A program made the position numbers and the translations under genes. A stretch of DNA of 64,000 nt from an uncultured Bacteroidales bacterium (GTDB taxonomy: Bacteria; Bacillota_I; Bacilli_A; ML615J-28; CAG-698): contig CAZYFI010000001.1 in the NCBI GenBank assembly GCA_964646985.1, forward strand, positions 759-64,758. The letters are read 5' to 3'. A model generated the notes under the pieces. The model saw only the letters and a list, made by a program, of their open reading frames with translations, was not told the origin of the DNA and did not search any database. Positions 1 through 9,326 of this stretch are shown here, piece after piece; position 1 is the first letter of the stretch; each line of letters starts with the position of its first letter.

Positions 1-364
1 TTTCTGCCAAATCGGTGCTATTAAGCAACACAACTAATATATTATGACTTAATGCGATGGTTGGAACATTAGCAAGCGTGGAGTCTTTCGCTCTTTCAAT
101 GAATATTTCTAATCCTAATCCAATATAAAAAATTAAGTTTGCTTTTGACATATTAATTAAATCTTTGGGATTTGATTCATAATCATGGACATCTTTCCCA
201 CGTGGATAAATTGATTTTACTTTTAAACGATCTTGGACAATTTCCGTCACCAAAAATTCAACAGGATATATTGTTGTATAGATGTCGATTTCTTCCTCCT
301 CGCCATCACAAGCAACAAAGAATACTGCTAGAACTAATAATACTAATATCAACCACTTTTTCAT
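1..364 (-). CDS. Metal (Zn/Mn-type) ABC transporter substrate-binding lipoprotein, TroA/ZnuA family; N-terminal part only, continues past the window start
   Basis: Hand translation of the minus strand from ATG at 364: MKKWLILVLLVLAVFFVAC DGEEEEIDIYTTIYPVEFLVTEI...DVHDYESNPKDLINMSKANLIFYIGLGLE. It has a lipobox (..FFVAC) and the DPH-YE-P-D...L---DL--YNG pattern typical of ZnuA/TroA binding proteins. An RBS AAGAGGA lies upstream. Open to position 1 with no stop. Absent from the ORF track because it runs off the edge. Confidence 0.7.
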   Translation of the reverse strand, partial: MKKWLILVLLVLAVFFVACDGEEEEIDIYTTIYPVEFLVTEIVQDRLKVKSIYPRGKDVHDYESNPKDLINMSKANLIFYIGLGLEIFIERAKDSTLANVPTIALSHNILVVLLNSTDLAE

Positions 365-374
365 ATTTATCCTC

Positions 375-917
375 TTAATCTAATATTTTTTCTTTAAAAT
401 TAGCTTTGCTTACAATTTGATAATCATAAACTTGTTCGCCTTCTTGTATGATAGCAATTTCTGACTCGTTCAAATATTTTTGAATTTTCTCTGTTGATGG
501 GTCAAGAACCACTATTTTCCTTACGGGCTTTTCCATTTTCACATCCCATTTTAAAAAGCTTTCTGCTTCTGTTAAATAGCGATTATAAACATAACGTCTA
601 CCTGGTCGTTTTGGAGAACCACCATAATGTAAGTGTAAGGTAAACCGATTATTGATTGTCAATGACGAATTACCTGGAATTAATATCATTTTGATCAAGA
701 TGATCTCATCTTCATTTTCTAAAACAAAATCAGCACGCTTTAAAAACCCACGTGATAATTGATAATCATTATCAAATGTGCACTCTTCTAAATGTTTGTA
801 CATTTGTTGGTTTTTTACAATGGGAATGATAATTTCCCAAACCAAAAACAAAACTGCAGCCAAACCAAAAATAATGATTATTAAATAAAATTCAGAAAAA
901 AAAGACAACATATTCAT
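375..917 (-). CDS. Hypothetical protein with an N-terminal membrane anchor, co-directional and 10 nt upstream of the ZnuA-like gene
   Basis: 180-aa ORF with one N-terminal TM helix (FYLIIIIFGLAAVLFLVW) followed by a soluble domain with no motif I recognise. An RBS precedes the downstream gene. Confidence 0.45.
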   Translation of the reverse strand: MNMLSFFSEFYLIIIIFGLAAVLFLVWEIIIPIVKNQQMYKHLEECTFDNDYQLSRGFLKRADFVLENEDEIILIKMILIPGNSSLTINNRFTLHLHYGGSPKRPGRRYVYNRYLTEAESFLKWDVKMEKPVRKIVVLDPSTEKIQKYLNESEIAIIQEGEQVYDYQIVSKANFKEKILD

Positions 918-988
918 AACTACTCACCTTATAGTATTATACATTAATTCAGAATATATTGTCAAACGATATAAAAATTGTTTTTTTA

Positions 989-997
989 TGGTATAAT
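989..997 (+). promoter_or_regulatory. Extended -10 promoter element (TGgTATAAT) for the GDSL hydrolase gene
   Basis: tttttttaTGgTATAATag sits about 33 nt upstream of ATG 1030, with RBS AAGGGGGA. No good -35 at 17 bp, which is usual for extended -10 promoters. Confidence 0.4.
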
Positions 998-1029
998 AGA
1001 ACATATGCAAAGTACACAAGGGGGATTTT

Positions 1030-1758
1030 ATGCTTGTTTTTCTTGATATCACCTTTCGGGATATTCTTTTTCCACTATTCATTATATTTTTGATTATTAC
1101 ATCAACTTTCTTTATTCTTCTTTTGATTTATATTGCGAAATACTTGCGTATATCCATTTACCAAAAAGCAAAACAATATTATGAATTAAATCATAGGGTT
1201 CCAGAAAAACAAGTCGTTTTTGTTGGAGATTCTTTGACTGAGTTTTTTAAAATCCACGAATTCTTTCCAAAGCTTGGGGTCTATAATCGTGGGATTGCCT
1301 CTGATACCACTGTTGGTGTCATCAATCGCTTGCATGATAATGTCATTGTGCTAAATCCAAGAAAAGTGTTTGTACAAATAGGAACAAATGATATTAGTGC
1401 TAGGACCAAACCCCACATCATTATCAAAAACATCAAACAAATCTTAACTGAATTACAGCTAAAACTTCCTCAAGCAAAAATTTATTTTTTATCGCTTTAT
1501 CCAGTCAATCCCAAAGCTGTTATTTTTTCACCATTTTTTGTTTTTCCAAGAACAAACAAACTAATTAAAAGCATGAATACCGAATTAGAACTTTTTTGCA
1601 ATCAAAAAAATATTCCTTATATTAATATATATGATCATTTAATAGATGAAAAAGGGTTATTAAAAAAGACTTATACTGTAGAAGGATTACACATAAGTTA
1701 CGAAGGATATTCTGTAATTGCAAATATGATTGAACCTTTGTTATGCGGCAATGATTGA
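1030..1758 (+). CDS. SGNH/GDSL-family hydrolase (lipase/acylhydrolase-like) with N-terminal membrane anchor
   Basis: [10 protein letters not shown] (GDSL block I), GIASDTT (block II Gly region) and VQIGTNDI (block III GxND), preceded by a hydrophobic N-terminal helix. Confidence 0.7.
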   Translation: MLVFLDITFRDILFPLFIIFLIITSTFFILLLIYIAKYLRISIYQKAKQYYELNHRVPEKQVVFVGDSLTEFFKIHEFFPKLGVYNRGIASDTTVGVINRLHDNVIVLNPRKVFVQIGTNDISARTKPHIIIKNIKQILTELQLKLPQAKIYFLSLYPVNPKAVIFSPFFVFPRTNKLIKSMNTELELFCNQKNIPYINIYDHLIDEKGLLKKTYTVEGLHISYEGYSVIANMIEPLLCGND

Positions 1759-1764
1759 TTTTCA

Positions 1765-1792
1765 TTGTCTTTTTTCTTTTTTATGGTATAAT
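1765..1792 (+). promoter_or_regulatory. Sigma-A-type promoter for lysS (-35 TTGTCT, 16-nt spacer, TGgTATAAT -10)
   Basis: Lies in the 3' end/intergenic region of the GDSL gene. The same 17-mer ttttttatggtataata occurs at 982..998. Confidence 0.4.
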
Positions 1793-1817
1793 AAGGAATC
1801 AAAATAGAGGTGAAATC

Positions 1818-3305
1818 ATGGATAATCAAATGAATTTAACAGATCAAGAATTAGTACGTCGCAACAAAGCCGAAGAACTAAAAGCACGAGGAATCGAACC
1901 TTTTGGCAAAGCTTATCAAAGAACAAGTGATTCTTGTAAAATAAAAACACAATATGAATCTTATACCAAAGAACAGCTTCATGATTTAAATGCAACTGCC
2001 AGTGTCGCAGGTAGAATCATGACAAGACGAGTAAAAGGCAAAGCCGGCTTCATGCATATTCAAGATCGCTATGGACAATTACAAATTTATGTTCGCAGCG
2101 ATATGATTTCCGAAGACGAATTCGAAACCTTTAAAAAAGGCGATATTGGCGATATTGTTGGTATCGAAGGATTCATCATACGCACTGATACAGGTGAGTT
2201 AACAGTTAAAGCCACTAAGTATACACACTTAACAAAAGCATTGCGCCCACTTCCTGAGAAATTTCACGGGTTACAAGACAAAGAAGAAGCAAGAAGACAT
2301 CGCTATGTTGATTTAATCGTAAACGATGATGCAAAACGCATTGCTTTCTTGCGTCCAAAAATCATTCGCTCTTTCCAAAAATTCTTTGATGAAAGAGGGT
2401 TTGTGGAAGTGGAAACACCGATTTTACAGCCTATTTTAGGTGGTGCAAATGCCAGACCTTTTGTGACACATCACAATACCTTAGATATGGATTTTTATTT
2501 ACGCATTGCAACCGAACTGCCTTTAAAACGCTTAATTGTTGGCGGAATGGAAGCAGTCTATGAAATTGGACGTTTGTTTAGAAATGAAGGCATGGATGCA
2601 ACGCACAATCCTGAATTTACAACAGTAGAGGCTTATCTTGCTTACTCCGACATGGAAGGAATGATGGACTTAATTGAAGATTGTTTTTGTTTCTTAACCA
2701 AAGAAGTACTTGGTACTCAGACTTTCAATTATCAAGGCAATGATCTTCGTTTTGATTTGCCATTTCGCCGTGTGCACATGGTTGATGCTATTAAAGAACA
2801 AACCAACATTGATTTCTTCCAAGTTGCTACCTTAGAGGAAGCGATTGAACTTGCAAAGAAGCATGAAATCGTCTTAACAAAACACGAGCAAGCTTTTGGT
2901 CATATTATCAATTTATTCTTTGAGAAATATGTTGAAGAAACACTAATACAACCAACCTTTGTTTATGGACATCCAATTGAAATCAGTCCACTTGCAAAAA
3001 AGAGTATTGACCCTCGTTTTACAGAACGGTTTGAATTGTTTATCAACAAAAAGGAATTTGCCAATGCTTTTTCAGAACTAAATGATCCAATTGACCAAAG
3101 AGAACGTTTTGAAAACCAAATGAAAGAAAAAGATTTAGGCAATGATGAGGCAACAGAAATGGATCATGATTTTGTAGAAGCATTAGAATACGGCATGGCT
3201 CCTACTGGCGGTTTAGGGATTGGCATTGACCGAACTGTTATGTTATTGACAGGGTGTGATTCTATTCGTGATGTTTTGCTTTTCCCCCACATGCGTCAAA
3301 AATAA
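1818..3305 (+). CDS. lysS: Lysyl-tRNA synthetase, class II
   Basis: [29 protein letters not shown]... is the canonical LysRS N-terminus. The class II motifs and the C-terminal [14 protein letters not shown] are present. The start is moved in from ORF-track 1755 to ATG 1818, which has RBS GAGGTGA. Confidence 0.93.
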   Translation: MDNQMNLTDQELVRRNKAEELKARGIEPFGKAYQRTSDSCKIKTQYESYTKEQLHDLNATASVAGRIMTRRVKGKAGFMHIQDRYGQLQIYVRSDMISEDEFETFKKGDIGDIVGIEGFIIRTDTGELTVKATKYTHLTKALRPLPEKFHGLQDKEEARRHRYVDLIVNDDAKRIAFLRPKIIRSFQKFFDERGFVEVETPILQPILGGANARPFVTHHNTLDMDFYLRIATELPLKRLIVGGMEAVYEIGRLFRNEGMDATHNPEFTTVEAYLAYSDMEGMMDLIEDCFCFLTKEVLGTQTFNYQGNDLRFDLPFRRVHMVDAIKEQTNIDFFQVATLEEAIELAKKHEIVLTKHEQAFGHIINLFFEKYVEETLIQPTFVYGHPIEISPLAKKSIDPRFTERFELFINKKEFANAFSELNDPIDQRERFENQMKEKDLGNDEATEMDHDFVEALEYGMAPTGGLGIGIDRTVMLLTGCDSIRDVLLFPHMRQK

Positions 3306-3317
3306 TATGATATGCAA

Positions 3318-3348
3318 AAAGAACGATGTAAAAATCGTTCTTTTTTTA
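3318..3348. terminator. Bidirectional rho-independent terminator shared by lysS (+) and the convergent minus-strand gene
   Basis: aaagaacgat-gtaaaa-atcgttcttt hairpin with T-runs on both sides. It overlaps the stop codon of the 3346..3876 gene. Confidence 0.7.
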
Positions 3349-3876
3349 TAACTGCAGTTCTTCTACAATCATAGCAAATATTTCTATTGTTGTGTTGATT
3401 CCATCTAATGCCAACATTTGAATGCGCCAATCATAATCATCAAACAAAGCGACATCATATGGTAATTTAGAAATGAGTTTTTGTTCTATTTCTTCAAAAA
3501 TAGTAGAAAGCACTGCTTTTCTTTCTTGGGTTAGCAATTCTTTTTCTTTGAGTGTTTCTTCTAAATCATCAATGTATAATAAATAATTGATTAAACTTGC
3601 ATAGTGAGAAAAAGCAATGATGTCTTGATGGAAATATCTTTCGTATATCAATTGAATCGTTTCCCATTGTTCATGAAAGAAGGAAAAACCAGCATCGAAG
3701 ATGACTTCTAATTCTTCATCTACTTTTGATTTCTCTGCTACTAGTTTATCAACATATTCTAAAACAGTAAAAACATCCATTAAGCGATCATAAACCAAAG
3801 ATTCATTGGTTTTAAACAAACGGATGATGTTTTCATTTTGTTTGATATAGCCACGATAATCCTCAGTATTAATCAT
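3346..3876 (-). CDS. Hypothetical acidic cytoplasmic protein
   Basis: 176-aa ORF overlapping the upstream YcxB-like gene by 8 nt. No recognisable motif. Confidence 0.45.
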   Translation of the reverse strand: MINTEDYRGYIKQNENIIRLFKTNESLVYDRLMDVFTVLEYVDKLVAEKSKVDEELEVIFDAGFSFFHEQWETIQLIYERYFHQDIIAFSHYASLINYLLYIDDLEETLKEKELLTQERKAVLSTIFEEIEQKLISKLPYDVALFDDYDWRIQMLALDGINTTIEIFAMIVEELQL

Positions 3877-4429
3877 GGTTTTTATCCTTATACATTTTGG
3901 AATATTTGGCTTTGCCTTTTTTATTTTTAGGGAAATTTTGTTGAATCAATTTTCTAAGTAAGGCAACACTACCTTCGGTAATATCTGCTTTCACAATCAC
4001 AAGCCCACGATCTTTATCAATGTAAAAATAAAAACAATCCAACATTTCATAAGCACTTTCGAATTGCTCCCAGCCCAATACGGCTTTGCCTTCTTGGCCT
4101 TCAATGCGACGAACAATTTTCGCTTTTGTAAATTCCATTAATTCGAGTGATTCCCCACGCTCTTTTTTATTTTGTTTGATGACTTGAAATATTTTTCCAA
4201 GTAAAAAAACTGGTATCATTAAAAAGATGAGAATGGCAAAGCCCCAAGAGATCATGGTATTGGATGGCGTCGCTTCTGGGTCAATCGTATTGGTGATGGC
4301 CAAATAAAGCGCCAATACTCCAGCCAACATGTAAAAATAAAATGATGCTGATTTTCTAAACATATGAAAATAATAAAACTTACGATGAAACTGGGCGTTA
4401 TATTTGCTTGCTACTACTACTTTATCCAT
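3869..4429 (-). CDS. YcxB-like membrane protein (two N-proximal TM helices plus a C-terminal small domain)
   Basis: 186 aa with two hydrophobic helices (FYFYMLAGVLALYLAI, ISWGFAILIFLMIPVFLLG) then a soluble domain. This is the YcxB-family architecture. Family assignment is from memory. Confidence 0.45.
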   Translation of the reverse strand: MDKVVVASKYNAQFHRKFYYFHMFRKSASFYFYMLAGVLALYLAITNTIDPEATPSNTMISWGFAILIFLMIPVFLLGKIFQVIKQNKKERGESLELMEFTKAKIVRRIEGQEGKAVLGWEQFESAYEMLDCFYFYIDKDRGLVIVKADITEGSVALLRKLIQQNFPKNKKGKAKYSKMYKDKNHD

Positions 4430-4512
4430 ATTATACTTCCTTTTTGTTTTTCAATATTATACCATAAAAGCTACAATTAATAAACACTTTTTCATCCGTT
4501 TTTACGCTAATA

Positions 4513-4521
4513 TGTTATAAT
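4513..4521 (+). promoter_or_regulatory. Extended -10 promoter (TGtTATAAT) for hslO
   Basis: taTGtTATAATact sits about 20 nt upstream of RBS GGAG and ATG 4542. Confidence 0.4.
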
Positions 4522-4541
4522 ACTAACAAATGGAGATAATT

Positions 4542-5411
4542 ATGGATTATTTATTAAAAGCTTTATTATGTGAAGGCCGAGCAAGGGCTTATATCACAAA
4601 AACAACCAACATCTTAAATGATGCCATCATCATTCATGATTTGTGGCCAAGTGCTGCTTCCGTCATGGGAAAGGTTCTTACCATGGGTGTGATTATGGGA
4701 ACCATGTTGAAAGGGCAAGAAGCACTCACAATTAAAATTAACGGAAATGGCCCAATTGGAAATGTCATTGTAGACGGAAATGCTCTTGGAGAAGTAAGAG
4801 GTTATGTGGATCATCCACACGTTCACTTTTCTAAAAATAATTCTTTAGATGATATAACCACTCTTGGCTTTGAAGGCCATTTAGATGTCATCAAAGATTT
4901 GCGCTTAAAAGATTTATTTGTTTCTAGTTTGCCTCTACAAACCGGTAATTTAGCAAAGGATTTCGCTTACTATTTTACAAAAAGCGAACAAACTCCATCT
5001 TTAATTAGTTTAGGCACATCAATAAAAGAAGATAATACAGCCGAAGCTAGTGGCGGATTGCTCGTGCAATTATTGCCCAATGCATTGGATGAAGATATTG
5101 ATTATTTAGAAAGTAAAATCCCTTCTTTTTATAATTTATCTAAACTTTTAAAAGAAAAAGATAATTGTGAAGACATCTTAAAAGAATTGTTTGATTATGA
5201 TGTCACCATATTAGAATCCATCAATGTTAGTTACAGCTGCCCTTGTTCAAAAGAAAACTTTTCTCGTGGTATCGCTACTCTTGGCAAAGAGGAAATTGAC
5301 AAAATCATATTAGAAGACAAACAAGCAGAAATCATTTGTTATTATTGTAAAACCCGTTATGTATTTGATGAAAAAGAATTATTAGAAATAAAAGAAGGAG
5401 CAACAAAATGA
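4542..5411 (+). CDS. hslO: Redox-regulated chaperone Hsp33
   Basis: N-terminal Hsp33 fold region plus the C-terminal zinc switch CPCSKENF...CYYCKTRYVF (CxC...CxxC). Start moved to ATG 4542, which has an RBS. Confidence 0.85.
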   Translation: MDYLLKALLCEGRARAYITKTTNILNDAIIIHDLWPSAASVMGKVLTMGVIMGTMLKGQEALTIKINGNGPIGNVIVDGNALGEVRGYVDHPHVHFSKNNSLDDITTLGFEGHLDVIKDLRLKDLFVSSLPLQTGNLAKDFAYYFTKSEQTPSLISLGTSIKEDNTAEASGGLLVQLLPNALDEDIDYLESKIPSFYNLSKLLKEKDNCEDILKELFDYDVTILESINVSYSCPCSKENFSRGIATLGKEEIDKIILEDKQAEIICYYCKTRYVFDEKELLEIKEGATK

Positions 5412-6433
5412 ACATTTTAGCGTTTGCAAAACAAATTTTAGAAATCCCAAGTCCTAGTGGTTATACCAAAAACATCATCGAATTCTTAGCCAATTATTGC
5501 CAACAAAAACACATGTCTTATGAAATTACCCGAAAAGGAAATTTGGTTATTTATTTTCCTGGAGAAGACAATTATCAAATCGGCTTGAGTGCACACGTTG
5601 ATACCTTAGGCGCAATGGTTCGATCGATTTCTTCTGATGGAACACTAAAGTTTTCTACCATTGGCGGACCAATTCTGCCTACTTATGATGGCGAATATTG
5701 TATGGTGTTAACCAGGGATGGAAAAACATTCCATGGCACTTTTTTATCCAATTCGCCTGCTGCTCATGTTTTTAAAGATGCAACCACCCTTCCACGCAAT
5801 CAAGAAACCATGCACATCCGTTTAGATGAAAATGTGAAAGACAAAGAAGATGTAATAAAATGTGGCATTGGACCCGGTGATTTCATTGCTGTTGATCCAA
5901 AAACGGTCATTACGGAATCTGGTTTTATCAAATCACGATTCTTAGATGATAAAATTAGTGTTGCCATTTTGTTTGCCTTGATGGATCATATTCAAACAAC
6001 CAAAATGAAACTAAAACATTCTTTGACGTTCATCATTTCTACCTATGAAGAAGTGGGCCATGGAGCAACATCTATTCCTGATTTAAATGAGATGATTGCT
6101 GTTGATATGGGGTGCATTGGTGAAGACTTAAGTTGTACAGAATATGATGTTTCGATTTGTGCAAAAGACAGCTTCAGTCCCTATGATTTTGATCTTACAA
6201 ATCAATTGGTAGCAGTTGCAAAAAAAGCCAAACTTCCCTATGTGTTAGATATCTATCCTTATTACGCTTCCGATGTTTCCGCAGCTTTACGAGGAGGAAA
6301 CAACATCAAAGGTGGACTCATTGGTCCTGGCGTCAGTGCTTCACACGGAATGGAACGAACACATCAAGATGCAGTAGCTGCAACATTACAATTATTGATT
6401 GCTTATTTATCCCAATCAAACAAAAACTCTTAA
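5408..6433 (+). CDS. M42-family metallo-aminopeptidase (FrvX/CelM/YsdC-like)
   Basis: 341 aa. The N-terminus MNILAFAKQILEIPSPSGYTKNI and the HVDTLG / EEVG blocks are typical of the M42 family. The start overlaps the hslO stop (ATGA). Confidence 0.75.
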   Translation: MNILAFAKQILEIPSPSGYTKNIIEFLANYCQQKHMSYEITRKGNLVIYFPGEDNYQIGLSAHVDTLGAMVRSISSDGTLKFSTIGGPILPTYDGEYCMVLTRDGKTFHGTFLSNSPAAHVFKDATTLPRNQETMHIRLDENVKDKEDVIKCGIGPGDFIAVDPKTVITESGFIKSRFLDDKISVAILFALMDHIQTTKMKLKHSLTFIISTYEEVGHGATSIPDLNEMIAVDMGCIGEDLSCTEYDVSICAKDSFSPYDFDLTNQLVAVAKKAKLPYVLDIYPYYASDVSAALRGGNNIKGGLIGPGVSASHGMERTHQDAVAATLQLLIAYLSQSNKNS

Positions 6434-6452
6434 AGGAAAACTTTAAGAGTTT
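6424..6452. terminator. Bidirectional hairpin terminator shared by the M42 peptidase (+) and maf (-)
   Basis: Perfect 12-bp stem aaactcttaaag / ctttaagagttt with loop gaaaa and T-runs on both strands. It covers both stop codons. Confidence 0.65.
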
Positions 6453-7014
6453 TTTCATTTCTTTGTATTTCTTTTATTACTTTCATCAAACGATGAATTG
6501 GCAATCCCATAACATTGTAATAATCTCCATTGATGCTTTTCACATACATTCCAAAAAAACCTTGAATCCCATAAGCTCCTGCTTTGTCATAAGGTTCTTC
6601 TGTACTGATGTATTGTTCGATTTCTTCTTCAGTTAATTGATCAATGGTAACTTGCGTTCTACTAACAAACCATTTTTGCATGTTTTGATAGCGCACAAAA
6701 ACCCCAGTGTATACATCATGGGTTCTACCAGAAAGTTTTTTTATCATTTGATACGCTTCGCTTTTGTTTTTTGGTTTTCCCAAAATGACTTGATCGACAC
6801 AAACAATGGTATCCGCACAAATCACCAAATCGTCTTTGTGTCTTAAAAATACTTCATTGCCTTTTCGTTTTGCAAGCTGGATGACATAATCTTTGGGATT
6901 TTTATAATTTGTAATCGTTTCATCAACCAATGCTTCATCGATGCGAAAGGATATGTTACACTGTTGTAATAATTCTTTTCTTCTTGGTGATCTTGATCCT
7001 AGGATAATATCCAT
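6430..7014 (-). CDS. maf: Maf-like nucleoside triphosphate pyrophosphatase (septum formation protein Maf)
   Basis: MDIILGSRSPRRKELL... is the Maf N-terminal signature. 194 aa. Confidence 0.85.
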   Translation of the reverse strand: MDIILGSRSPRRKELLQQCNISFRIDEALVDETITNYKNPKDYVIQLAKRKGNEVFLRHKDDLVICADTIVCVDQVILGKPKNKSEAYQMIKKLSGRTHDVYTGVFVRYQNMQKWFVSRTQVTIDQLTEEEIEQYISTEEPYDKAGAYGIQGFFGMYVKSINGDYYNVMGLPIHRLMKVIKEIQRNEKTLKVFL

Positions 7015-7015
7015 A

Positions 7016-8026
7016 TCAATGATCCATCTTATTAATTTGTTCTAACACATTGTTAATGACAAAACTACGCGTGTTGAAATCAGGGTACTTTTGATTGGCC
7101 AATTCCATTGCCCAAATGATTGCACCAGTGGCTGGGGGAACCGCTAAAGGAATAACTTCAATTTGTTTTTTGGTTAATTCGATTACTTTATTTTGAAAGG
7201 CTTCTTTCATAATTATAGATGCGCCTTTTACCCAAACACTACCAGCTAAAACAACTTCAACTTTTTCTACAAAATCTAAATGAACAATGCACCCAGCAGC
7301 TGACCTAGCAAGGTTTTCACCAACTTGACGCAAAATATCCATGCTTACGCTATCGCCTTTTGCCGCTTCAGAAAACACTGCCAAAGTCAAAGCGTTGTAA
7401 TCAAGCGTTCTACTCACGGATTGGGCACTGATTGCTTCCATTAAATAATATTTGTTAGTGACTTTTAATAAATCCATAACAATGGAAGATAGTGATGTTG
7501 GCTTTCCAAAGCGATATTGCTCGTCATAACAACTTCTTACTGCCATTCTTGCAATATAGTATCCTCCAGCTTCATCACCAACAATCGCTCCAATTCCGCC
7601 TACTTGTAAATAAGCACCAAATGAGTCAATTCCTCCACAAGATGTCCCTGCTCCATTGATAGAACAAACACCATACCCTTTGGAAGTCGCAGCTTTAATG
7701 GGTAAAAAGGAATCATTGACCACTTTAAATTGAGAAAAGCCCAAATCACTAATCACTTTTTCCATATTGGCTTTTTGCACAGGCGTATCCACTCCAGCAA
7801 GACCAAATACAGATGCAGCAATTTCTTGTGAGGTTAAAGCGTTTCGAAAAAAGAAGGCATCAAGCTGTTGTTTTAGTGCTTGATAAGCTCCTTGATAACC
7901 ATCCTTAAATTGCTCGTGGCTCACTGTTTTGCCTCGGTGGAAATCTAAAAAATTCCCATCCGTGTCAAACAAAAAATAATCCGTTTTGGAATTGCCACCA
8001 TCCACTCCTAAAATGAGTTTTTTCAT
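7016..8026 (-). CDS. BadF/BadG/BcrA/BcrD-type ATPase (N-acetylglucosamine kinase-like sugar kinase)
   Basis: LILGVDGGNSKTDYFLF matches the GxDGGxTKT phosphate-1 motif of the ASKHA fold. 336 aa. Overlaps the upstream GH4 gene by 4 nt. Confidence 0.7.
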   Translation of the reverse strand: MKKLILGVDGGNSKTDYFLFDTDGNFLDFHRGKTVSHEQFKDGYQGAYQALKQQLDAFFFRNALTSQEIAASVFGLAGVDTPVQKANMEKVISDLGFSQFKVVNDSFLPIKAATSKGYGVCSINGAGTSCGGIDSFGAYLQVGGIGAIVGDEAGGYYIARMAVRSCYDEQYRFGKPTSLSSIVMDLLKVTNKYYLMEAISAQSVSRTLDYNALTLAVFSEAAKGDSVSMDILRQVGENLARSAAGCIVHLDFVEKVEVVLAGSVWVKGASIIMKEAFQNKVIELTKKQIEVIPLAVPPATGAIIWAMELANQKYPDFNTRSFVINNVLEQINKMDH

Positions 8027-9315
8027 TGTTCGTTTCCTTTATGAAATTGTGGCAAAAATTCTTTGTGTGCTTGTTTTAGTTCTAAAAAGCATGGATAGGC
8101 TTTTTTATAATCAAATACCAAAGGATTGATTAATAATGCGCGCATGGCTTCCTCTTCATCGCCCATAATCGCTGCTTTCACGGCATGTTTTTCATAAGCC
8201 TTCATCATGAGCATATAAGATTTAATGTGTTCGTTTTCAAAACTTGCAGGGATGGGATGAGCACCAAAGCGATTGATTTTAGCGCTGATTTCCACAGCAT
8301 CATTGATACCCATAAAAGGAATGGCACCGTTATTCTTTGTGTTGACCACTTGAATATCGCCTTTATCGTTATAAATGGAGTCAACCAAATTGACAGCTAC
8401 TTCAGAATACCTAGCTCCACCACGTTTTGATAATAATTCTGGTTTCACATGTAAGTCTTCATTTTGATACATTTCTAACAATTTTTCCTCAATCTCAAAA
8501 ACGACTTCACCACGAGATTGCGTTGCTTGTTTTGCTTTTTCTAATTTTGTATCTTTGTAATAATAATACTCTAAATAAGAAGAAGGAATTGCACCAATTG
8601 TTTTGATTAACTCTAAAGAAAATCCACTTGCGGGAATGTTTTTCATTGCTTCACTATTCAATCCTTGATCAAGTGCTTGTTGCAAATAGTCCACATTTTG
8701 TTCTTTGATAGCCGTAATCCATGTTAAATGGTTTAAACCAACGTATTCAACCCAAGCATTGGGAAGATTCAAACGTTTTTTTACACTATCAATCATATTG
8801 ATGGGAACATTGCATAGTCCAAGCATTTTAATTTTGGAATGATTGAGTACTGCCTCACATATCATACCTGAAGGATTCGAAAAATTAATTAGCCAAGCAT
8901 CAGGACACAATTGCTCCATTTTGTGAGCAATATCAAGAATAACGGGGATGGTTCGCAACCCTTTAAAAAAACCACCGATTCCATTTGTCTCTTGCCCAAT
9001 TAAATCATATTTAAGGGGTATTTTTTCGTCTAGGATGCGTGCTGGGAGTTTTCCCACTCTAATTTGTGCAAGCACAAAATCAGCATTTACAAGCGAATCT
9101 TCTAATGATTTGGTTAATACCACTTGGCAATCAAGATTGGCTGCTTCGATCATGCGTTGACACAAACCACCAACTATTGCTAGTTTGCGATCATCAATAT
9201 CCATTAAATACAATTCTTTCAATGGAAGTTCATGTTTTTTTTGAATAAAGCCTTCAATCAATTCTGGTGAATACGTGCTTCCGGCACCAATAATAGCAAT
9301 TTTAAGTTTTTTCAT
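8023..9315 (-). CDS. Glycoside hydrolase family 4 enzyme, NAD-dependent 6-phospho-glucosidase (CelF/ChbF/LicH-like)
   Basis: MKKLKIAIIGAGSTYSPELIEGF is the N-terminal Rossmann fold typical of GH4 6-phospho-glycosidases. 430 aa. Confidence 0.8.
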   Translation of the reverse strand: MKKLKIAIIGAGSTYSPELIEGFIQKKHELPLKELYLMDIDDRKLAIVGGLCQRMIEAANLDCQVVLTKSLEDSLVNADFVLAQIRVGKLPARILDEKIPLKYDLIGQETNGIGGFFKGLRTIPVILDIAHKMEQLCPDAWLINFSNPSGMICEAVLNHSKIKMLGLCNVPINMIDSVKKRLNLPNAWVEYVGLNHLTWITAIKEQNVDYLQQALDQGLNSEAMKNIPASGFSLELIKTIGAIPSSYLEYYYYKDTKLEKAKQATQSRGEVVFEIEEKLLEMYQNEDLHVKPELLSKRGGARYSEVAVNLVDSIYNDKGDIQVVNTKNNGAIPFMGINDAVEISAKINRFGAHPIPASFENEHIKSYMLMMKAYEKHAVKAAIMGDEEEAMRALLINPLVFDYKKAYPCFLELKQAHKEFLPQFHKGNEQ

Positions 9316-9326
9316 TTGTTCTCCTT

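Noticed and set aside
1755-1817. Upstream in-frame extension of lysS (ORF-track start at 1755, [21 protein letters not shown]...)
   Set aside because: No RBS there. It overlaps the GDSL gene end and the promoter module. ATG 1818 has a good RBS and gives the canonical LysRS N-terminus.
1759-1817. T-box or other leader riboswitch ahead of lysS
   Set aside because: Only about 25 nt lie between the predicted TSS and the start codon, too short for a T-box or L-box.
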